A stretch of DNA of 44,566 nucleotides. Origin: Geosiphon pyriformis uo1. Lineage: Eukaryota; Fungi; Glomeromycota. The number at the start of each line of letters is the position of its first letter. Position 1 is the stretch's first letter. This document shows positions 12,269-24,700 of the stretch, piece by piece. The translations under genes and the position numbers were made by a program. The DNA lies in the NCBI GenBank assembly GCA_016748015.1, contig JAAOMT010000140.1:1-44566 (forward strand), read 5' to 3'. Below the pieces are notes generated by a model. That model did no database searches. It saw nothing but the letters and a program-made list of their open reading frames with translations, and was not told the DNA's origin.

Positions 12269-13492
12269 TTTATTCTTAAAAAGTAAACGCAGAAACAAAT
12301 TATTTTTAAAAACAGAATAAAAATTTGATTTAAAATTTTGTTATTTATATTAAATTAGAAATTTATTATTATTATTATGCATTCACGAGTGTGGCACAAA
12401 AGAATTAAAAGTTAAAAAAAAAAATTTATTTAATTATGTATATTGTTATGTTTTATTTTTTATTTAGTTATATTTATTCAAATTTATTAGTAAATAATAA
12501 AAAATTTTTTTTATCAATTTTTTAAAATAAATAACTTTTAATTTTATCTATAGGATTTTGTTAATTGATATATAAATTTTCTACTTATTATAACGCAATT
12601 AATCTGTTATATTTCTAATACTAAATTTTTATCTAATTAGTCTAGCCATTTTTCTTTTTTTTATTAGACTCCGGTATAAATAATACTATTGTGAAAAAAT
12701 AAAAAAATAAACACCACAATGAGAATAATCTAGTTTTCTTACATAAACAAATTATTATTTTTTAAAATACTATAATTGTAATTTTTCCTCCAATGAACTC
12801 ATTCTTAATTGAAATCTTCATCTTCATTTGCTTGATAAGTTTGGAAATTAGATCAAGGCGGATAAACCGCGCCTTTTCTGGGACTATTAAAAGGGACTCA
12901 TACTTTTTAATGTCGTGGAAACTAAGGCTGTTCAAAAAATAAATATTTCCTTTTTTCAAATTATTTAACACAAAGATTGAGATGCATAGATAAAAAAATT
13001 CCTAGATTAAGAAATGTTCCCATCTTTTACAAAAGTTTCTCAGCATTCCCTTGTGTGTCGTTTTAAGGTTAGTTTTAACATTTTTTTATTAGTAATTTCA
13101 AGCTTTTAATGCTCAATGTCATGTGTGAATTCTCCTAAATTCAAAATGATTATCCACGCCAAAGCCAAACTTTCCGGGCAAGGTAACATCATGTCTATTT
13201 CGACCTTCCCACTTGTAAACTTTATCAAGAATTTTTAATTATCTCAGCAAAGAGAGTTAAAGGGGCTTTTTTGCAGAAATGTTTAATTGATTTCGTAATT
13301 GAATTTTTTCAAATTTTCAAATTTTCAAATTATTCCCTCGTTATTTCATTTTAATTTTTCATGAAATGATTTCAACCATTTGAACTGTGACATGTTACCC
13401 ATGCTCAATTTCTTTTTCTCTCGTAAAGTTTTAGCTAATCTCTTGTAATCCAAATTGAAATCAATTTTCTCCCTTTTTAAAGTTTCTTTAAG

Positions 13493-13540
13493 GAGAATGA
13501 GAATGAGAATGAGAATGAGAATGAGAATGAGAATGAGAAT
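13493..13540. repeat. (GAGAAT)8 microsatellite
   Basis: Read directly from the sequence. Confidence 0.95.
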
Positions 13541-13838
13541 GAAAATGAATGAATCCGGAAGTGAAGATAAGATTAAAATTCATGTAACAAATTTGGTCTA
13601 CAAACCAAAAGCTTTTTAAATAGAAAAACCTTTAATGCTTAAAAAAGCTTCAATTGGAGAGTATAAATATTTATAAATGAATGAATAAAATGTATAATGA
13701 AATAATTAAAATATTCGGCTATTCTCTTTAAGTTTAAAACTTGTATTATATTCCGAGTATGTTGATTTTATTTCAGCCAATTGAGATGTTTTTATGTGGA
13801 AACTCGAGATTAAATTATACATTATAAAGTATATAAGT

Positions 13839-13870
<32 letters not shown>

Positions 13871-16131
13871 ATTTGAAAATTAGATTGTGTAAAATATTTA
13901 GGAATAGGAAAATCTAAAAAAAAAACTCAAAATTTTTTTTTAGATGATTAATATTGTAAGATTACTGGATAGGGAGATCTTTTTTGGACGTCATAAAGAC
14001 TTTTGAAACTCGCCGATTTGTAATACTAGGTGAAATTTTTTTTTTTTTTTTTTTATAGACAATACCCCCCGCATATGCTATTATATAATTTAAAGTTTCA
14101 TAATCCTTTATTATTATTCAAAGGACACATGTTAAAGTAAATATCCCCTGTGAGTTACATTTCAATGAACCATTTACACATGCTTCTTTAGCCCTTGCAT
14201 ATGATATAAACACATTTGCTTTAAAACAAAGAAGGCTAAATAAAGAAATTTTTATTGTTAATCAAAGATATAAATAAGTATCCTAATAATTGTCATGAGA
14301 TAAAAAGATAACCCTTGACATTTATAATATCATGAAATTGATATTGAGAATATTTTAATGGGCAAAATAAAAAATATTTTTTTTTTATCAATGACGTAAT
14401 TTTGGAATTTTGATTACTAATAGTTCCCAATGAAAAAAAGCTTTAAACGAATAAAAAAATGTCCAATAAGAGTAACGTATTATCTATTGATATTATATTG
14501 ACCTTTACAAATGGAATTAATTTCAAGTGGTCAATTCTTTTTTTTAGCTTCTTATTTTTCAACAGATTTTTTAACCTCCTAATCAGCTGTTCATTGACGA
14601 ATGTTAAAATCTTTATAGAAAAATATTGTTGCTTCATTTGATTTGATTTGATTTGATTTGATTTTTTTTTTCATACGAAAATCTATTTTTAATCGTGTAC
14701 CCATAATTTTTAACTGGAAATATTTTTATATAATCAAGGATATAGTTAATAAATGTAAATGCTTCTAAATCTTTCAATTTTCTACTCATTGATAATATTT
14801 ATCAGGTTCACAAAATGAAAACTCATCTTTAATAATAGCCTTTTAAAAAATTCGGAGAATTTAAATAAAATTTTCTTTTGAAATAAAATGAAACTCATTT
14901 ATAAAATTCTATTTTTTAGATTAAAATCCTTTTAAAAGGATATCAATGAGAAATTTTGTGCATATAAAAGGAGCACAGCAAGGCTTTTTGTAGAATTAAA
15001 AATGATAAAATTTTATTTTAAATTGTGTTCATATTATGAAAACCGTTTACTGCACACACGTTATTAATGTAATAAAAGTAAAAATTAAATGCTTTTATCG
15101 TGTGTAACCTTTATTTTTATCTTTTAACCCAAAAAGTCTTCATAACTAATACATTTTTAGATTCCCTAACTGGCAAACAAGTGAAAATGAAAAGTTGACG
15201 AAATATAAAATAAATTATACTAATAAGAAAGTTCTTCAATAAAAAAAAACACTTTTTTAATGTCAAAAAATAAATTTTTTAGATCAGATTATTTGTATTT
15301 TCGGCACAGTTTTTGAATTATTATAATATCCAATTAAATATTTTATTTTAAAAAGAAATTTTAAAATTCATCATTATCATCATCATCATCATCATGAAAA
15401 ATACACAAAACGTAAAGTTTCTTTTTAAATTGATTAAGTCATTTAGAGCTTTTACTTATTTATCATTTATTTATCTCTTTATGACCTAAGATGGTTTCGG
15501 GATATGGCGGATAATCGACCATTTTTAGGTGACTAGATTTCATTTCCTGATTATAATAATTTCAATTGAAAAAAAAAAAATAAAAAAAAAATAAAAAAAA
15601 GTTTATTTGGTAGTAATTTATCATTTTAATAAATATAAAGACAATATTTTGACATCTTTATTAATACATGGGCTTGTCTCTGACTAACCTTTTTTATTAT
15701 AAATATATACTGTCAAACTAATGTGAACATAGCGTCGCTGTTGACTGATTATACATTATTGCATTGTTTATGGTATAGTTAATCTTTTAAAAATTACCCA
15801 ACCTGGATCACAAAGTAACAGAATGTTCGTATTATTGTATTATCTTTAAAAAGAATTGTTCTCTTTCATTTATTTACATGAATCCTCGCTGTACCTTTTT
15901 AATTTTGTGGTACTTTAAGGATTCTCAACACTATTAAAAACCCATCGGAAGGGAGAAATTTGAAACAGAAAGGGTCGTCTTTAATTCATTTATCACAAGA
16001 ATTTAAAGATTCTTTCACGCAGAAACACAAATCTGTGTTTTGATAGATAATTCACACAAAACTTGTTTTATTACACGTGCTTTGCTTCATATTACTACTA
16101 GATTGCATTTTCTTTGGCTCATATTTCGTCA

Positions 16132-16133
<2 letters not shown>

Positions 16134-16199
<66 letters not shown>
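16134..16199. repeat. (ATT)22 microsatellite, ~140 bp upstream of the central gene ATG
   Basis: Read directly from the sequence. Confidence 0.95.
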
Positions 16200-16201
<2 letters not shown>

Positions 16202-16339
16202 AAATCACCATCAAGATTGTCAGGTAGCCAGTTTGATTTCATTGAAAGTGGGTGGGTGCTAGACTCAAATCGGTACGATACGGTACACCATAAGAAACCA
16301 TTCCTCCCCTCCAAATAAAGACACAAAAATTTGGTTCTT

Positions 16340-17621
16340 ATGCCACCTATCCGTCAATATCAAATGCAGCAACCAAAAAATCAAGATGAAGAAAATGATA
16401 CTTTTACTTCCCCAAATTCCTCACAAGTTATTATAAACAAAGACAAGGAGAAAAACAGACGTAATAGACGTTCGCCAAATATTAATACTCGAGCGTCGCG
16501 TGTCGGTGTCACCAATTTTATTAATGTGATCAAACATCTCCACCCTGGTGAATCAAGGACTCATTTTCCAATTAATAAGGAAAGTTTGCAAGAATACATA
16601 GACTCCAAGAGAAAAGCCTTGATAAAAGCTGGTTCATTAGAACAATATCTACAACATATTCAAGCCTATAATATTGCTCTTGGCTTTGGATGGGATGGTG
16701 AAATTTTTGGACCCATAATAAAGAAAGTTTTAGATGAATTACGAGTTAATGAAGAAGAAACGCAAAAATCATTTGAACAGCGATCAGGGACATTTTCAAT
16801 GAACCCAGAATTTTTGCCTGGTTCAAGTTCGACTCCAGCTGCTGATGTGATTAATTTGTTACGAAGTGATTATAATATCAATAATCCTTTGTTTGATATG
16901 GATCAAAATGACGAACGACGGGGGATTTTTCATCAAAATAATTCATCAATTACCAGCCATGAATTTCTTCAGCTAGCTGGCCATGGTAATAATTTTCACC
17001 ATACCTTACCTAATTTTTGATGTGTTTAAAAGGTTATTCCCTTCCGTTCCGTTCCGTTACCTACCCAAACTTTTAATTTTTTCCCTAATTAAATTATGAA
17101 AATTTTAATTTTCTTTTTTACTTAAACAGAGAAACAATCTAGCGTTGGAGATTTTCATGGTAGGTTTAACAAAAAATTATTTTTATTAAAGAATTGGAAG
17201 TCTATTATTTAATTTCTTTTTCAATCTATTTTGACATTCATCCTCTTTCTTTATCAATCTCAAAGCTAATATTACTGAGAGAAAATCTAATGGGTTGGAG
17301 GCAATCCCCATGAATGTTATCCAGACATCCTCAAACTTATCAATAGAAACTTCAATTCTTAAATCAGTCACTATCCGATCCAAAAACAGAGTCTACAAAC
17401 AAAAAATCGCTGTGGGAGAAACGACAACTTTTGCGTCTATAGTCACGTTTGCGATTAAAGCAAGTCCTCCGACAAGGAAACAATTTGTAATCCGATCAAT
17501 TGATGGCACTTTAGAGTTCATGCCAGAAGATATTGTCAAGCAAGTTATTACCGATGTGGAACATGCTGAACTATTGGTGACTTTGGAGGATGAAAGTCCT
17601 GTGGACTTTGATTATTTTTAA
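16340..17621 (+). CDS. Uncharacterised ~343-aa protein: integrase/tyrosine-recombinase SAM-like (core-binding) domain, low-complexity linker and C-terminal beta-grasp-like domain. Exons: 16340-16985, 17130-17159, 17266-17621
   Basis: Two GT-AG introns (GTAATA..CAG and GTAGGT..AAG), both phase 1, join the 229-aa and 108-aa ORFs without stops through a 30-nt exon (EKQSSVGDFH). The gene model is well supported; the domain calls rest on motif resemblance. Confidence 0.8.
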
Positions 17622-18443
17622 AAAAATCATTGTCACCTTTTTAAAAGCCTCCTTGTTTAATTCTAAATTTTCTGATATAATGTTTCTTTTAGATTTTGAT
17701 CTTTTTTCTGATACTATTTAGACCATCTCAATATTTTGTCATCTTTTTCTTTTTTTGATTATAAATTCCAACTTTTTAAGACAATTCTCAATAAATTAGT
17801 TTAAATATTATAATATAACATCGAGATTTTAGTTTAAAAAAATGAGGGGGCTATACATTAAACATAATTTTTTTCTCAACCTCTTTTTTCTGTACATATT
17901 CATAATTTCTTTATTAAAAATATATAATTATATATATATATATATATGATTGAGTGACATTTCTAAGCCCCTCATATTATATGATTTTTATTAAATAAGC
18001 ACTCTTTTATTAAAGATAATTTTTCATTTCCATTAAATCTTTATTTTGTTTCCATATTAAATTAAATTAAATTAAATTAAATTAAATTCATGGTAAAAAA
18101 AATATATATATGAAAAGTTCTATTTCATTTTTTTTTTCTTGATATTAATTTTATCAATTAAGATATATACAATATATATGATTTGCTTTTTTCATTTTAA
18201 TTTATATATTTAAGAGATTTATTTAAAGAGAAGGATCTAATTTTGAAAAAGAAAAAAATGATTTCTGATCAAAAAATGGTTAAAAAAAAGTTTTTTTCAT
18301 CAAAAAGGACCTTTGAATAACTTTTTTAATAAAAAAGAAGATTTCCCGATCAAAAAAAAGTCAATCTGTAACTCTTTTTTTTTGTGGAAAAAAGCTAAAC
18401 CGTTTGATCACCATAATAAATATATAAATACCCATCTTTGTAC

Positions 18444-18444
<1 letters not shown>

Positions 18445-18489
<45 letters not shown>
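18445..18489. repeat. (TAA)15 microsatellite
   Basis: Read directly from the sequence. Confidence 0.95.
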
Positions 18490-18491
<2 letters not shown>

Positions 18492-18965
18492 GCTATTTTT
18501 TTTGGTGAAATGAAAACAGATAAACGATGCATCGGAAAACTTCAAATAAGGCTTAGAATGTTGAAATTGAATATATCCATATTTGAACATCTTTGAATGA
18601 ACTTTTTTAATTTAAAGCACGTTTTTATTTTAAAAAATACAAAAAAAAAACGAAATAAACCTGTCGAGAATGAACAATACCAGTATAAAATTTAAAAGAA
18701 AAAAAACCCTTTTTTTTCTTTTTAATTAATTAATTAATTAATTTTTGTGAGAGTTTTAAACACCAAAAAATTATGTCATCATATTATTCGTACAAAAAAA
18801 ATAAATTGGTATAATGAAATTTTCACAAACTTTGCAGGGAACTGGATCTATTTAATTTTTAATTATTATAATTTTTTTTAGTTTTAATTAACAAAAAAGT
18901 CAAGGGTCTGTGCTTATCATTTCTAAATGGTTTTTTTTCTTTTTTTTTTTTTTTTTAAATATTAG

Positions 18966-19207
18966 NNNNNNNNNNNNNNNNNNNNNNNNNNNNNNNNNNN
19001 NNNNNNNNNNNNNNNNNNNNNNNNNNNNNNNNNNNNNNNNNNNNNNNNNNNNNNNNNNNNNNNNNNNNNNNNNNNNNNNNNNNNNNNNNNNNNNNNNNNN
19101 NNNNNNNNNNNNNNNNNNNNNNNNNNNNNNNNNNNNNNNNNNNNNNNNNNNNNNNNNNNNNNNNNNNNNNNNNNNNNNNNNNNNNNNNNNNNNNNNNNNN
19201 NNNNNNN
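18966..19207. other. Assembly gap (242 N) between poly-T runs
   Basis: Run of N in the sequence. Confidence 1.
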
Positions 19208-19595
19208 TTTTTTTTTTTTTTTTTGCAAATAAAACTTTTGGATTTAAAATTATCACTCCCGATCAATCAATTGTTAACTGAATTTAGTTATTTAGTAGTA
19301 GGTACATCTGTTATCACAAAAATCGTTAGAATTTATCATTAAAAATTATAATCTGTTATTTGGAATACAAAAACCTCAAAATTCTAAATAAAAAAGTCAG
19401 AGAACTTCTGGTACCTCTTTCTTTAGTCTATAGACGAGGAAGATAATTGTAAGAAGGAACAATGCAAGTTGCATTGCACTCCTGAATAATAAATTTGTGA
19501 TTCATTAAAAATGATTTATTGTCCAGGAAAAGTTGTGAACCAAAACTTCATAAATGAGCAGAACAAAGCACAACGTTCAAACCTTAAAAATAATT

Positions 19596-19597
<2 letters not shown>

Positions 19598-19689
<92 letters not shown>
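19598..19689. repeat. Poly-T tract, 92 nt
   Basis: Read directly from the sequence; the length may be an assembly artefact. Confidence 0.9.
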
Positions 19690-19692
<3 letters not shown>

Positions 19693-21121
19693 AGCATTAT
19701 TACTACGTCATGAGCGTATCAATGATTTGTTGTATGTTTCTGGCTTTTATGAAAAAATTTGAAGTTGAAAGTTTCCTCTTGATTTCACTACTTTTCAAGA
19801 AAAATATGTAAATATCATGCGGTTTGGATTGATTAGTCTCTTCTATAAGCAAACCTCAAAAATTGGAAACAAATCAATCCAAAATTAGAAATTCAAGCTC
19901 ATCTCCAGCATTCATAGAGTGAAAATTTCTAAACGAACCCTACATATAAAAAACCTCCCCTGTTCAAAATATTTATTTCAATTATCGCTGACACACTTAG
20001 ATATGTTCAATGATCATACAAATACAAATCTAGTAAGCAAGTGTTGCGGATATAATCACTTATGTAGGACAAAATTATATAGGATTTTCGTAGAATATGC
20101 AGTACAATGCTCCATTAATAAGATTTTTCGGTTAAAAATTGAGTTGATCATCCCATCTTTTAACACCTAAACTCTAAGTGTTTTAATTTATGACAAATAA
20201 ATTGAAAAAAAAAAGTTTTATTCACCTAGTTTAGAAACAATGACTTAATAGTGTAAACAGCAACAGCATGATATTACCATTTAAAAAAATAAAATAGTAC
20301 CGAGATCTGGATATGAGACAAAAAATAAATTTTAAAAATTTTTGTTTACTTTTTGATAGTTAGTTAGTTAGTTAGTTAGTTACTATAGGAATCAATGAAT
20401 ATTTTAAGGGGTCAAAATTCAATTTAATGAAATCTTTTATGACCCAAAGTTAGTAATATCTACGTATGAAAGATTTAAAACACTGTTTCCATATTTTTAA
20501 AAGAAATTTTAAAAGATTTTCAACTCAAAAATATTAAATGAAACAACTATTCCAAGAAAGTTCATTGTTCTATAAGAACATTGAATTAAGGTATAATTAT
20601 AACCCCTTAAATTCAAGCAATTGATCATTATTCTCAACTTAAATTATGTTCTTTTTCACTTGAAAATCATTCTCAGAATACAAACTTACTTTTTACGCCA
20701 AGAATCCAATTGGTACGATTTTGTTTTTTTTTTATATTACAGATATCTGTCTCGAAACCTTTTTTATCATTTGTGTACAGATATCAAAAAGTTGGTCAAA
20801 GAACGCCAATCTAGTTTTATAATTTCTTTTACGATATAAAATTGGTAGCATTAAAAAATTGTGTGAACAAATTATGAAAAATAGTTAAATGAGAATTTTA
20901 AATTTTTTTTTCCTCCCTAAAATAAAATAAAATAATAAAGTAAAATAAAATGAAATTTACAAAAAATGTGATCATTATAAGTTTTTTAAAGTATACTCTT
21001 TTACTTTTCAAAAACCTGATCTATTAAAAAATAGATTTTTAATTATCCAATTATCAATTATCAATTATGAATTATCAATTAAAGAATTTTTTTTCTTTCT
21101 CCAACTTAAACCTATAATTTA

Positions 21122-21160
21122 AATGATTTTTGGTAATGATTTTTGGTAATGATTTTTGGT
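21122..21160. repeat. 13-bp tandem repeat (AATGATTTTTGGT)3
   Basis: Read directly from the sequence. Confidence 0.9.
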
Positions 21161-21799
21161 TACAGCAACACTTGCTTCAGAAATATTCTTCTTCATCTTT
21201 TTACCTTAAAAAAATCAAATGTGCATAAAAGAAAATATAATAGTATAAAATAAAGTTTTAACATGTTAATAATAATAATTTTTTTTTAAATACAAATATT
21301 TTTAATATTTCAATTTAATAAAATAAGATTGAGATCTTTTTGTGGCTTCATCGAAATACCTTTTTATGTCATTGTCATAGGGTTCCCACAAAGATTATAA
21401 ATTATTTTATGGGTATTGGATTATTTTTTTAAAAATTAATTTGAAATTTCCCTGTTAACCAAAGAGAGTAAACAAAGAATAATTAATTCACTTCATTTTT
21501 AAATTTCAAATTTTTTAGGTCAAAGATATTCGCGCGGTAAAAAGTTTAAATATGTATATATCTTCTAAAGTTAGGGTCGAATAAAGATCATTCACATGTA
21601 TTTCATATTTAATTTAGGGCAGTATCAACGATTTCAAAAAGGGTGAATTGTACATATTATCAAAAATACTTGAATTTCACATGTAGTCACATGAAAACTT
21701 GTAAAATTACGCTTCACAAAGTCTTTGGACCTTCGGTCAATAACATAAAAATTTCAAAAGCTCATCTAATTCAGATTTGGTAATAATTGAGATAAAAAT

Positions 21800-24700
21800 G
21801 ATATTGAAACTATCAATGACTAGATACAAAATTAAATATATATGAGATTTTTTATTGTAATGAAAATCTTTTTTAAAAAAATATATATATATATATATAT
21901 ATATTATAGTAACAATTTATGCTAAAAAATAATAATAAAATTTGATTTCAAAAAAAACAAACTATATTTTACAAAAAATAGCTTTTTATATTTGAAGAGT
22001 ATGAAAAATATTTATCAATCCCAAAATAATAACATATTTTTATTAAATAAATAAAATTATAATTTAATGCTATTTATATAAAATGAGTCCCATAAGTGAA
22101 AAGATTATTAATAGCTTTGAAACTATTCCATTGTCATAAACTACGTGAATACTCTCTCACTTACCTTCAGTAAAAAATATTGGAATGGTATAGAACGTCA
22201 TGGAATTTTTTGGATGATCTGTTTGGTTAACATTAATTAGTTTCCTTTTGTCTAGCAGTCTACATCTAAATTCTTCGATACCTTTAGTTTCTAACAATTT
22301 AACGAGCACAAAACCCAATTTAATATATGTTGCAATATAATTATATATTGAAATGGTTAAAAAAATAATCTTATTTAAAACTTATATCTAAAAATTTCTT
22401 AATTTAAAATTTCGATTTATTTAAATTAAATAAAAAATATGTAAATAAAATAATTTTAAAAATTAATTCTTAAATGTTGTAATATATTTTTAAAAGGAAA
22501 AGTGAACATAAAACTATTTCGATAAAAATAAGTAAAATGATTAATTTAATATATTTTAACATTATAATTATAAAAAAATATTACTAAAATTAATTTCATT
22601 ATTCTTATTTCAAAAAATAAATATATAACAATTTTTGTTTTTTAATATATAGCAGAAAAATATTAATGATATTCTGTTTTGAATATAAATCAAATTTGGT
22701 TTATAGCAAAAAAACTATTTCAACCAAAAATTAAATTTGCAAATTATTAAGAATTTTTATAAGAAAAGATTTTATTGCAGTGTTTTTTTTTTCTTGAATT
22801 TATTACTATTAAATATGATTATTCATTTATAATTAGAATCACTTGAAACCTTTTTTAAGGTATAAGCAAAAGATTTTCCTATGCATGGGTTTTAAATAAA
22901 GTAGGATCATCATCAATTTCTAAAAGTGTTAATCAATTAATAATCGAACAATCAAATGACCCGATATTGGTTTATTAACCATTATGTATCGAGTCTATTA
23001 GATTCAGCTTTTTTGACTAAACAAATTCCTTTTAAGAAATCTAGAAAAATCTGCATGAGATCACATTAAAGTGACTGAAAAGTTTTTAGGAAATATATCT
23101 TTTTTTGAAAATATTCTTTGAGATCAACTCTTAGAAAAATTTGAAAAATAATAAAAAATTCCTTCTTTAAATATTTAATTGTTAGATGAATTTTTAATAT
23201 ATTTTATATTTCTCAAACCAAATTTGCCAAGTCATAATATACCATTTTTGACTTGAACTTTTCTTTTGGAGCTAAAATTTTGAGAAAATCAATTGAAAAA
23301 AAATAAAAGTTCAAAATAAAAAAGTCTTAAATTAAAACTATCGTTCTACAGCTTTGATAATTAAGTTTTAATTTGATTATTAATTTTTTGTAAAATTATA
23401 TTAACACGATAAAATTTTTTCATAATATTATTAATTACAGATAATTATCCGAATTAATAATCTTTATAATTCCAATTTTTTTTTTAAATACATGACAAAA
23501 TAATTAATTTCAAAAATCTTTTTTGGTTTGTAAATAATTCATTTTTTAATATGAAAATTTTTTTAATCACAAATTATATATAATTTTGTCCAATCAAAAA
23601 ACATAAAAATTAAACAATATAATTATAATTATAAAAACCAATCAAATTGTAATTTCAAATCAATATTTGAATTGAAAAAAAAAACAATATATAATTAATA
23701 ATATATTTAAAAAATTGAAATTTGATTACCACTTTTTGTAATTGAAATAAACATTTTTTAAATTTTGAATGAACAGATTTCAGTTTTTTTAAAAATTGTT
23801 TCATGTAATATACATCTGCAAAATTTATTTATTGTAAAAATATTTATTAACTAAATAAAAAATTTAACTTGATTAAACCATGTATTAAATTGTTGTTTAT
23901 CAATATTTTTATGTGCAAAAAATTTCTTATTAATTTATAATTAAAAAAACTGTAAATAATTGACCTTTATTCCAAAAAATTTTAATGACTAAAATCAAAA
24001 CTTTCAAGTAAATTGTAGACTATAATTAAAAATAAATTTATTTAAAAATTTATGTAATTTTATTATAAAGCGAATTTTGTAATTTTGTAATTTTGTAATT
24101 TTGTAATTTTGTAATTCTTTAGGAGTAACTGTTTATTGTAATCTATTACATTAATGCAAATTCAGATCTAAAATAAATGTAAATTGAGTTTTAATTAATA
24201 ATTTTTATAGTTTTAAAAGTTTTTGTTTACATATATATTAATAAAAAGTGAATAACAAAGTTAATGATTTGGTTAATGACTAAAACAAAAATTAATTCAT
24301 TAATCAAGTTAATAAATTAGTTCAATAACTAATTCTAAAAATAAGCTTTTAAAATTTGTAACATAAATGAATAATATATCATTAAAATAATTAGAAATAG
24401 TTACTATAAATTACAAGTTTAAAAATTTAATTGTAATAATGAAAATAAAAATAAAAGCTAAAATAAATACTTTTTTCAATTTTTTTTAATGTTTTATTAA
24501 TTGTATTATTTTATTGAATTATGTTTTTTAATAAACTACCAATTTTAAAATCTCAATAATAAAATACCTGTAATTCTAAAAAAAAATAATATCAATATTT
24601 TTGAATCTATTATAATAATATTATTATGATATTAAAAGTCTTATATTTCATTAATTATCACATGTATTAGCCAAATAATGTCATATAATTGGCCATTTTA

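Noticed and set aside
15484-15530. Hairpin ACCTAAGATGGT..ACCATTTTTAGGT as an ncRNA or miRNA precursor
   Set aside because: It is a short imperfect stem with no recognisable RNA family motif, and is expected by chance.
16340-17020. Active DIRS/Crypton element
   Set aside because: There is no catalytic recombinase domain, RT/RNase H or terminal repeats in the flanks.
18900-19281. Four ORFs spanning the N run
   Set aside because: They are artefacts of the assembly gap.
19428-19487. Possible small exon DEEDNCKKEQCKLHCTPE*
   Set aside because: No supporting upstream exon or start is visible; one could be hidden in the gap, but that cannot be supported.
19511-19811. Poly-Phe ORFs
   Set aside because: They are translations of the poly-T tract. 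The poly-Ile (16077) and poly-Tyr (18408) ORFs likewise come from microsatellites.
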